Made by a program: the position numbers and the translations under genes. A DNA stretch of 64,000 nt, from assembly GCF_009914755.1 (NCBI RefSeq), contig NC_060933.1. One strand, given 5' to 3'. Numbering within the stretch: position 1 is the first letter of the stretch; every line of letters starts with the position of its first letter. The notes under the pieces were generated by a model, which was not told the origin of the DNA, ran no database searches, and saw only the letters and a program-made list of their open reading frames with translations. The DNA comes from the human T2T-CHM13v2.0 reference genome, Homo sapiens. Below are positions 53,777-64,000 of this stretch, piece by piece.

Positions 53777-54472
53777 TGTGAGATGGAATATTTCTAAGAT
53801 GATCCCTAAGGATCCCACCTCCTGATATTCATGTCCTTGTGTAAGTAATCCTCTCCCCTGAGTGTAGGCTGGACCTAGTGACTTCATTCTAATCAATAGA
53901 ATATGGTAACGGTGATCGGAAGTTACTTCCGTGGAGGCTACACAAGATTGTGGTTTTCATCTTTCTAGCAGACTCTCTCTATTGCCCTCTTGGCTTACGC
54001 CCTTTGAAGAAGGAAGCTGCCATATTGGAGAGGCCCATGAGGCAAGGAATTGAGGGCAGGTTCTGGCCAACAGTCACTGAAGAACTGAGGCCCTTAGTCC
54101 GTCAGCCCATGAGGAACTGCATCCTGTCAATGACCACGTGAGCTTGCAATCAAATCCTCATCCCACTGAGCCTTGAGATGACTCTGCTCCCAAGCATCAC
54201 CTTGACTCAGTGACCCTGAAGTAGAGGACCCAGGTAAGTCATACTCGGATTCCTGACCCACAGAAACTGTGAGATAAAACGTTTCAGCCAGGGTCCTGGA
54301 TGCCACAAGATGGCAAGAGCCATAATCAATGAATGCATTATGATCAAATCATTTCATGTTTATGGATGTCACTATTTTAACAAATAAAAGAGGTCAAAAG
54401 TTTAAAAAAAGTATATTTTAAAAATATGCTAAGTTTTGTGGCCATTTTTTAGATAGCAGTAGATAACTAAAA
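53777..54472 (+). mobile_element. MLT1 (E/F-type) MaLR LTR interrupted by the retrocopy at 54276-54410
   Basis: ggattcctgacccacagaaactgtgagata before the insert; gctaagttttgtgg...tagcagtagataactaa after it. Confidence 0.8.
54276..54410 (+). pseudogene. 5'-truncated processed retrocopy fragment, NDUFAF2-like (C-terminal codons, 3'UTR, AATAAA, A-tail remnant)
   Basis: Reads KTFQPGSWMPQDGKSHNQ* (TGA 54330-54332), matching my recall of the NDUFAF2 C-terminus ...KTFQPGSWMPRDGKSHNQ; AATAAA at 54383-54388; A7 at 54404-54410; interrupts an MLT1 LTR. Confidence 0.85.
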
Positions 54473-55297
54473 AAATTCTCTTAGAACTTTGAAAATCAGA
54501 AGAGACAATCAATGTTAAGTATTTATCATAGTACCTGGCACAGAGAGTGCCCTGTGAAGGTTATCTATAATCACCATCACCAATATTGTTATTATCATTG
54601 CTGTTACAATTCCAAAAATCTGTGGAAGACCCAGGACCCCCAGCTGAAAGGTCTGCACTAGGAGTTGGGTCCCAGGAACAGGTAGATGGTAAAGCCCCAG
54701 GATAATGTTAAGAATCAGGTGATGGAGGAAGAGTACTCTCAATCGGAACTGCCCATCAGACAGTTGGGCTTCTCTGTTTTAGACAAAAATGGAGGCAGAA
54801 ATTAGACTGGGGATTATGACAGGTCAGGCCTCATTCTTGTGATCACATCAACACATGAGTAAATAAGTTTCTCTATACTTTTTCCTCCTCCATGCCAATA
54901 AAGTACACTAGAACCATTGCCTTATAGTTTGTCAGACAGTTCCTTCCCCTCCAGTGCCCTTTGAGGAGGCTCCTGTCATTCCACAGCAGTGTTGTTGTTG
55001 TGATGGTGGTGGTGGTATGTTTTTGGTGAGAAATTAGGTATGGAAGAGCAAAATCCAGGAAGTGGCAGGGGGATGGAAGGACTCAGTCCCTTTACATAAA
55101 ATTTATGTGAAATTAAGAATAGTTCCTGGGCTCAGGGTATTTGAGGAATTTATTTTGGGCATCAAGGGGAAAAGGCTGGGAATATTTGCAGCATCTGTGG
55201 GAAGGAGACGAGAAAAGGAAAAAAAATCAATATGGAAATATGAAGTATCACAGGGAACCATATTTCTCCTTCAAAATGACTAAGAAATACTAATGAA

Positions 55298-55391
55298 CAC
55301 CACACAGTCTATCTGTGTAATAAAACTGTACCTGAAATACCTCCTAAATCTGTACAAATAAAAACAAACAAATTTAAAAGGCAAAAGAGAG
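55298..55391 (+). mobile_element. Short L1PB/L1MA-type 3'-end insertion
   Basis: tgtaataaaactgtac...cctaaatctgtacaaataaaaa; TSD agaaatactaatgaa / agaaatactggtgaa (13/15). Confidence 0.65.
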
Positions 55392-56064
55392 AGAAATACT
55401 GGTGAAGTTGAGGTTATTTTGTATGTTTATGTTTATTATTAAATATACATTACTAAATAATTATAATTTTTTAAACTGTGACTCTGCTTCAGTTCCTCTT
55501 TTTGCCCATCATAAAATTTTATTATGAATAATTAAAACTTTACTCGCTGGTAAGAAATTACCAATGCTTAAAATGGTAATTTTAATTATAAGAAAAATTA
55601 GGTTGAAAAGATAGGGTGTTCCCTCGCATTGTCAAATAACATACAATGCCGCAGATAAAAACAGAGATCAGCATCGTTTTTAGGAACTATGCTTCACCCT
55701 CAAATTTATTTGTATACCTGGAAATTCAGTTGCCATCATCAAGCTTAGGTTAATTGATTATAAACTGGTTAACACAATTGAGCATCATAGCATCTTGAGA
55801 CAGTTCTAGTCTGCAAATATAAGCCACCAGTGTACTTTACAGTAATAACACAAAATCAGCATAATACTGTAAGCAAAAGATGCTAAGTTATCATGTGTTA
55901 TTATGAAGTTATGAAGGTTGTCATTGTTGTGCATACTTTCTTTTTTTCTGAAAATATTTGATCTTTACTTTTTATGTGCTTTGTAATATGTGCTATGAGT
56001 GTAGTCATATATATATGGAGATTATATATTAAGCTATATCTATATCAGGGGTATGTGCCCACTC

Positions 56065-56855
56065 TTTAAACTTTTAAGTTCAGAGGTACATGTGCAGGTT
56101 CGTTATATAGGTAAACTTGTGTCGTGGGGGTTTGTTGTACAGATTATTTCATCACCCAGGTATTTAGCCTAGTACCCATTGATTATTTTTCCTGATCCTC
56201 TCCCTCCTCCCACCCTCTACCCTCCAATAGGACCCAGTGTCTGTTGGTCCCTTCTTTGTGTCCATGTGTTTTGATCATTTAGCTCCCACTATAAATGGGA
56301 ACATGCAGTAAATATGTTTTCTGTTCCTGTGTTAGTTTGATGATAATGGCCTCCAGCTCCACCCATATCCGTGCAAAGGACATGATCTTGTTCTTTCTTA
56401 TGGCTCCATAGTATTCCATGGTGTATATGTACCACATTTTCTTTATCCAGCCTATTATTGATGGGCATTTAGGTTGATTCCATGTCTTTGCTATTGTGAA
56501 TAGTACTGCAAAGAACATATGTGTGCATGTGTCTTTATGATAGAATGATTTATAGTCCCTTGGGTATATATCCAGTAATGGGATTGCTGGACTGAATGGC
56601 GTTTCTGTCTTCAGGTCTTTGAGGAATCACCATATTGTCTTCCGCAATGGCTGAACTAATTTACACTCCCACCAACAGTGTATAAGCATTCCTTTTTCTC
56701 CACAACCTTGCCAGTATCTGTTATTTTTGACTTTTAACAATAGCCATTCTGACTGGTGTTAGATCGTATCTCATTGTGGTTTTGATTTGCATTTCTCTAA
56801 TCATCAGTGATGTTGAGCTTTTTTCATATGATTGTTGGTTGCATGAATGTCTTCT
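56065..56855 (-). mobile_element. L1PA (older primate) 3' fragment
   Basis: gtacatgtgcagg, gcaaaggacatgatc, aatttacactcccaccaacagtg; ORF remnant LFTIAKTWNQPKCPS. Confidence 0.9.
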
Positions 56856-57677
56856 TTCTGCTTCAGTTCTAAACCACATGGATCACTGCTATATAAGCAT
56901 TATTCCCCTTCTGTGCCTCAAAAATGACCAAGAATCACTAAAACCAATTACTTGTAATTTTAAACAATTTTTATTACTTGCAGTTTCCCTCCTATTTATG
57001 TTGCAGTATGCCCTCTTTCCCCACACTCACTAGTAGTAATAACATTTTTGAAAAAAAGAAATGAAAGCAGATGTACACTTGCTTTACTCACAGTGAAACA
57101 GCATAGACATGGAGAGAAAGCGTCTTGTTCTTCAGCCATCTTGAAGGTGTAGAAGAAACTCAAGCAGAAGAGCAGTTGTAATAACAGAAGAGAAAATCAG
57201 GCCACATTCTCAGGGCTGGGGCAAAATAAAAAGAATGTAAGAAAGAGGCAGTCAAACACTAAGAAGTTGCCTTGAAGAGTCATTTCAGGAGACCTTTTGG
57301 CCCTTTACCTGAGCTGTATCCTATCTTCTGGATCTGCCTTCTCTCCCATGCCAACTTTTCCATTTTCTCCCCCTTGCCACTACTCAGCACTGATTATGAG
57401 AGTAAGGGGCCATTTAAAGGTGGCAACACTGCAGAAGAGAGAGACTGATGATTCACCAAAGTTCACAGACAGTATGAAACTGATGGGAAAATGGATACGC
57501 TGGAGGGGTATGGTTCACACCTCTAGAGAGAAAAGTTCTGGGACTCAGTGGAGGCCAAGCCAAAGTCCCCCATCACTGTTTCCATCTCCTTCTCAAGAGA
57601 TCCACCAAGGAAATGATACCTTGCTTTTAAACTAGTCTATTTGCTTATTATTCTTCCTCTTAAAAATTCACCCATCA

Positions 57678-57996
57678 GGCCGGGTGCGGTGGCTCATGCC
57701 TGTAATCCCAGCACTTTGGGAGGCCGAGATGGGCAGATCACGAGGTCAGGAGATAGAGACCACCCTGGCTAACATGGTGAAACCCCATCTCTACTAAAAA
57801 TACAAAAAACATTAGCCGGGCGTGGTGGTGGGCACCTGTAGTCCCAGCTACTCAGCAGGCTGAGGCAGGAGAATGGCTTGAACCCGGGAGGCGGAGCTTG
57901 CAGTGAGCCAAGATCGCACTACTGCACTCTAGCCTGGGCGACTAAGAGAGACTCCATCTCGAAAAATAAAAAAATAAAAATAAATTAAAAAAAAAA
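57678..57996 (+). mobile_element. AluY
   Basis: Full dimer; TSD aaaaattcacccatca / aaaaattcaccaatca. Confidence 0.92.
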
Positions 57997-58799
57997 TTCA
58001 CCAATCAGCAGAAGTGTCTGACATAGCAGTAAGCAACAACATGTTATTTGGTTGACAGCCAAATTATCTTAAACCATAATCACTCTTTCAACACTGTTCC
58101 TTTGAGCATGACAGATCCATGAGGATTGTTCTGAACACTGAGTGCCTTACCTTGCACATCAGAGCCCCCAAAACCTCACCCTTCTTTCAGTCTCCGGTGC
58201 AATACACAAATGCCTTAGAACTTCTCACAGCCCTATGCACTCTAGTTTCTGTTTACCAGGCACATGGGCCAATACCCTTGTTTCGAAAACAGGAAGAGCA
58301 TTGCTGTGAATGAGAAGTCAGTGGGGACTTTGGAAGGAAACTAATGGTGTGTAGAAGCTGTTGCATAGGAGGGACATGGGGCCAAGAGCTGAGGCAGACT
58401 GGCCAGATTTCAGAAGGTCACTTTGGTTTAGGAAGTGAGGCTTTGTGGGAGGTAGGGAAGGGGCGCATAGGCGTAGCAAGAGATGTCAGCCCTGCCTGAT
58501 TTCACGGTGGTGATTACTGAGTGATTTCTGGATTAGCCTTTCACACTTGAGGGTTCACTGAGCACTGGCCACTTCCTCCTCTTTTCCATTCTTGTTTTCT
58601 TTGCTTTTGAAACTGTCCACCCTCCCTCCACTTCCCCCACTCAGGAGAAGATTTATATGAAGGCTTTTTTTTGGTTGGCAAAGAACAGCTTCTCACAAAG
58701 TGCATGGCACAGTAAGGTAAGCTGATGTGAGAGCAGCACGTGAGGCCCCACTCACCCTGGGTGGAACCTAGTGGGTCTCTGGGCCAGGGGACTCTGTGG

Positions 58800-58935
58800 A
58801 GACCAGGACTAGGTGGAACTATGGGGCAGTTGCCTAAAGTGCAAAATTTGTTGGGGGTTATAGGGGGTGGGGAGGGTGGAACTTAGTAATCAAGAAAAAT
58901 CATATTTTCCAGCAATGTTTTAAAAAATCTAATTG
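58800..58935 (+). mobile_element. MER96B-like fragment (second copy)
   Basis: ggactagg...gtgcaaaattt...ttagtaatcaaga, similar to 35725-35895. Confidence 0.55.
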
Positions 58936-61264
58936 GCAGAATATGGCTCATGGGGCAGCAGCCTGTTTCTGTAAATAAAGTTGTGGTGAGGAAATTTGGT
59001 CCTGTCTATTGGCCAAACAGAAAGATAAATTTTGTTCTAGAGGGAGGTCAATTTAATCCACAAATAAGCCAGAACAAATTTAATTTCTTTGGGGATCCTT
59101 GGAAAACTGAAAAGACCACACTTCCATGGCCACTTTGGATCAGAGCAGAAGCCTCAAGCCAGGGCAGAATCTGACTGCCTGCATTGACACCACCTGGCAT
59201 GATGGGCAGGGACTTGTAAATAGGAAGCAGTTTCTGTGCCCACTTTATGAAATTCTCTGTAATATTCTGTTTCCCTTTTCTCCACTTCCTAGTTTTAATA
59301 CTCTTGAATAACTTAAGTGATAGCAAAATATGTGTTGCTCAAAGATTTAGTAGAACTCCCTCATAAAACCACTGGGTCCAAGACCTTTTTTTCTCTTACT
59401 TTTTTTTCCTTGTAATTTTTTATTGACTGCTAGGTACTGTGTGTAGGATAGTAGAGACTGAGATAAACAGTAGATATGCCATGCCTGAACATGGGCACAA
59501 CTCTGCCATTGCTCACCTCTCGGTGTAGGGAGTTGAGCAAATCTAGTCAAGATTTGGGCTGAGTTTGGGTTTTGTTGTTATTATGGTTCCCTTCAGTGCA
59601 CTACTGGCTTCAAATTCCTCTGGTATTAACTGGTGCTTGGGGTGAGGGATGGCTTGCTGAAGGGTTTTTTTCAATGTTCCTCCTCTATCCTCAATTTTAG
59701 ACCTTCACTGAGTACTCGCACCTGAGTGGGGTGGGTCTTCATACTCTTGCCTATTTTTTCAGCAGCAGACTATGCTTATTACCTGATGCTTGCTAGCTGG
59801 GTGGTAGGGGGAGGGGGTTTCTCTGTTGTCTTGATCCACCTTAGTCTTATGCAGGCCTTAAGATCCTGGTGTTGGAGACTGGGGCTTTCTCAGTGAACCT
59901 ACTCTTTCTCCAGCATTAGTTTCCTCTAACAATCTGACCTCAGGATAGTTCCCTGATCCTCCCTTACAGAGGGCTTTTTCTTTTCACTTTTTCCAGCCAC
60001 ATGGGTTTCGCCTGTGCCCTGGGGGAAGGAGGGTTTGCCACCTCCTGACTCTAGCAGCTCAACAGAGTCCAGCTGGGGCTTGACAATTTCCTGCAGCAGC
60101 TGGGTGGAGATCCACTGGAGAAGAGCCCAGAAGTGGGTGCAAACCCCCATCGTGTCTACAGCTCCTAGTGTTTCTGTACTCCCACATTAGCCCACATTTG
60201 GCATCTAACAATTAGTTAAAAACTTCAGCTGAATTATTCTTACGATCTTGTATGACATTTGTGTCTCTTATACCTGGGCCCTGTCATAGGAGAGCCAGGG
60301 CTTGTGTCCCGGCTTCCATTGGAGGCTCCTGTCTTTCCTTAGATTGAAGCTATTCACTTGCCCTGTAACCTCAGCTCCCTGATGGAGTCAAGAAATATTA
60401 TGATTTTGTAGGTTGTCAGGCATTTTCTGGTTGTTAGATGAGAGCAATACTCTTTCAGGCTTTCTAACTCCTGGGCAGAAGGGGGGATATCCTTGGCATC
60501 ATTTCTTTATGGTAAACTTCAATTAGTTTTTCAAATTCTCCTAAAGGTTTTAAGGTTATCTCTTCTCCTGAAGTCATTTTTTACAATTTACAATTTCCTA
60601 AAAAACATTCCACTTACATGCCTACAAATTCTCTTCACACACACACACACACATAACGTTCACTTATAATATAATATATGGTTATAATATTATATGCAGT
60701 ATTCAATTATAATTTTAAAGTCTTATCTGATTTTCTAGGTATGTCACCTTTCCAATTCTTAACATTGCTATTTGTGTCTTTATTCCTTTTTGTTTTTTTG
60801 ATGAGACTAACCATAGCTATTTCATTAGATTTTTCAAAACTACTTGTTCATGTATTGATCTAAGAGTCAGCATTTGGTTTTATAATCATTCAGGCTTTTT
60901 TTAAAGAAAGATTTTATTTTGTTTATAAATTTATATTTCATAAGTTTCTGAAGTTATCATCAATAATTCCTCTAGTCTACTTTGAATTTTTTGTCATTTT
61001 GGGATAGTGTCTTCAGTAAATCAGGCCTTTTTAAACGATTCTATTAGTTTTATGATTCACCAGTTTTTGCTTTAATCTTTAACAATTTCTTTAGTCTACT
61101 TTTAATGACTGTTTTGTCATCCTTTTTGCAGTATGCTTAATTTATCTCCAATCTTGTTTTCAAATAAATATAATTAGTGCCACCCATTTGTGTCACTTTG
61201 ACCCAAATCACACACATTTTTATATGCCATGCTCTCATTGTCAGTCATTTCCAAATAATAAGTA

Positions 61265-62240
61265 ATTTCACATAATATAAAAATGAGCAAAATATATAAA
61301 CATATAAGTGTTTTTAAAAGAAATAGGAAATAGCCCTTAAACAATTAAAATATGTTCAACCCCACTTATAATAAGGAAAGTACTAAAATACAATTTCTTG
61401 CCTATCAGATCAGCAAAAATCTCAGTTTGACAACACACTCTGTTGGCAAGGCTGCAGGGCAAAGATACTCATATATTGCAGGTGGGAATACAACAGCTAG
61501 CAAACTTACATTTGCATTTTTCTTTCTGACCCAGAAATCACACTTCTGGAAATATATTCCAAAGATACATTGGCAAAAATACAAAATTTTAAATGTGCAG
61601 ATTTACTTATTGCAGCAGCATTGTTTGTAATTATATAAGACTGGAAACACTCAAATGGCCATGAATAAGGGCCCAGTTGAATAAACTAAGGTACATTCAC
61701 GTGTCAGAATGCTATTCAGTTATAAAAAGGAATGAGTAACATCTCTATATTACTAGGGTATACTGATAAGATAACAAATCAAATAACAAAGTTTATAGTA
61801 TAAAAAAGAGGGGATACAAATATGTATGAATATATGTCAATATTTTCAAAAAGAAACAATGAGATTATCAAAGAAAATTAATTTTTATAATGGTTACCTT
61901 TAGGAGGGAGGGAACAGGGTAGGAAGGATACAGTTGGAAGACAGATTTATCTGAATGTGTCTTTAAAATAGTTACAAAATTGGAACTATAAGCATATTTT
62001 ACATAATTAAAAACCAAATTAAATCAAAGCAAAGTAATCCTTAAAATTTTTCTTTAAAAAAGGTAACAAATGAACCTAACTTCTTATCAGTTTGATTGCT
62101 TGCCATAAAAAAAGTATTCTAAGTAAATTTAAATTGCGGTATTTTCACTCAGTGGGAAAGACTCTAGTGTAAAACAATACAAAAACAAAATCTACAAATA
62201 AATCCTAATATGCATTCAGTAGTCTTATGGATGGTAAGAA
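61265..62240 (+). mobile_element. Old L1MC-type 3' region
   Basis: tattgcagcagcattgtttgtaa...gactggaaacactcaaatg...ttgaataaact; A-rich strand. Confidence 0.65.
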
Positions 62241-62249
62241 TATGGGGTA

Positions 62250-62490
62250 TTGTAATCCTAGCATTGTGGGAGGCCAAAGCAGGCAGATCACTTGAGTCCA
62301 AGAGATCGAGACCAGCCTGGGCAACATGGCAAAACCCCATCTCTACAAAAAAATACAAAAATCAGCCAGGCATGGTGGCGTGCCTTAGTCCCAGGTACTC
62401 AGGGTGGGTACGCTGGGGATGGGCATGCTGAGGGAGGTCAAGTCTGCAATGAGCCATTATCATGCCACTGCACTCCAGCCTGGGCGGCAG
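62250..62490 (+). mobile_element. Degraded AluJ
   Basis: gtaatcctagcattgtgggaggccaa...cactgcactccagcctggg; no tail. Confidence 0.8.
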
Positions 62491-63110
62491 AGTCCCCTTC
62501 CTTACAAACCCTTTAGGTAGACATAGGAGCTTCTGGAACTCTATTTATCTCTTTGCACTGTGTCCTGGAAGAGTCAGACTCAATATTGCAGCTCACTAAT
62601 TTAATACTCATTTGCATCCATTTGGATATTCAGCCCGATTTTTAAAGTAGCAGTGATTGTATTTTCAATAATCCAGAAATCCGATTCTTTTTCTATTTTA
62701 TGGCTGTGACAGTCATCCCAGTGAATGAAGGTTCTGATTATGGGAGCCATAATCCTCTAGAGTTTTGGGGTAGAAGCTGGCAGGTGTTCAGGTAGATGAT
62801 GTTGATGTGAGGGGGTTTCTCTCCCCAGCATAAGTGGTCTGGGAACTTCTCACATCAGAAGCAGCTAATGGTTTCCTTTTCTTCCCACCGCTCCTCCTGC
62901 CACGCCTTGTTGTATATGTAGAATTACTCAACCCTGCTCTGCTTCTCTGTCCAGAGTCAGCCCTTCTGATAGGAAACTCCCCAGGTTCACTGTTTAAAGC
63001 AGTTACCGAGGCTTTAACCAGAAAGCAAACACCACTCTTGCCAAAAATGCAGCACGTGAGAGTGATAGGAAGATCATAACAGGCCAGGCAATTCATAATG
63101 TAATCTTTCA

Positions 63111-63461
63111 ATTTTATTTTTTATTTTTCTTGAGACAAGGTCTTGCTCTGTCACTCAGGCTGGAGTGCAGTGGCATGGTCACAGCTTACTGCACCCTCAA
63201 CTTCCCTGGGTTCAAGCAATCCTTCTGCCTCAGCCTCCCAAGTAGCTGGGACCACAGGCGCATACCACCATACCTAGCTAATTTTTTAATTGTGTGTGTG
63301 TGTGTGCGTGTGTGTATGTGTGTATGTGTGTGTGTGTTTATAGTAGAGACAGGGTTTCGCCATGTTGCCCAGGCTGGTCTTAAACTTCTGAGCTCAAGTG
63401 ATCCTCCCACCTCAGCCTCCTAAAGTGCTGGGATTACAGGCATGAGCAACCACGCCTGGCC
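63111..63461 (-). mobile_element. AluJ with an internal (TG)n microsatellite (about 63291-63336)
   Basis: Antisense Alu; TSD cataatgtaatcttt / cataatgcaatcttt. Confidence 0.9.
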
Positions 63462-64000
63462 CATAATGCAATCTTTTAATTTATTGATCAGATAATTACT
63501 GACAAGGCCCCTCCCTGCACTGTACGAGTTAACTCTGAGCTTGAAATTTCTCTAGAACATTAGTGCACAAAACAGCCCTGACCTTTGCAGTAATCTCCTT
63601 CTGGTCATTTTCTGCTTTGATTTCTTTGTCAATCAATTCTTTGGTCTGTATTCCAGGAAATCTTCAGAATTTCTGATCTTCGACTGTAACTTTTCTTGTT
63701 TGGTATTTCAGTGGAATTTGAAGTCGGGGCGGGGGGAGTAGACTGATGTGCTCAGTCTGCCAATTCGATCCCCCATTTTTTTCTGAGTGTATAAGGATAT
63801 GAGTGGGTATTGTTTACAAAATTAGGATCACGTTGTATACATAATTTTGTATTTTGCTTTTTTAGTATAACAACATGTGTTTTTTGAAAACAGTATTTTC
63901 AGTGATTATATTTTGAATGAGTCTTCGCTGTTTATCATACTGAAGTATAATTACTGATATTCTTTTATTTCTTCCACACTAAATAATAAGGTCCTTGAGA

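Overview
Primate (very likely human) genomic DNA containing the 3' end of PGM5 (phosphoglucomutase-like 5/aciculin, + strand) and the complete two-exon TMEM252 gene (- strand, 170 aa), which converge tail-to-tail about 5.5 kb apart. The PGM5 part comprises a 135-bp penultimate coding exon at 10811-10945, a ~30-kb last intron, the terminal coding exon at 41159-41248 and a ~1.4-kb 3'UTR. The rest is repeat-rich: ~18 Alu/FLAM copies, ERV1/ERVL/MaLR solo LTRs, hAT and Tigger DNA transposon remnants, and L1/L2/MIR/CR1 fragments. Repeat subfamily names are from recall of consensus sequences and are approximate. I found no evidence for a new multi-gene system. The most notable observations are: (1) a ~135-bp 5'-truncated NDUFAF2-like retrocopy inside an MLT1 LTR; (2) a ~90-bp young L1 insertion with a perfect 18-bp TSD and an apparent twin-priming inversion; (3) a 55-bp near-perfect dispersed duplication between the two genes; (4) an older ~155-bp local duplication; (5) a compact TATA/HNF4/HNF1 promoter on TMEM252; and (6) three PPxY motifs in the TMEM252 tail.
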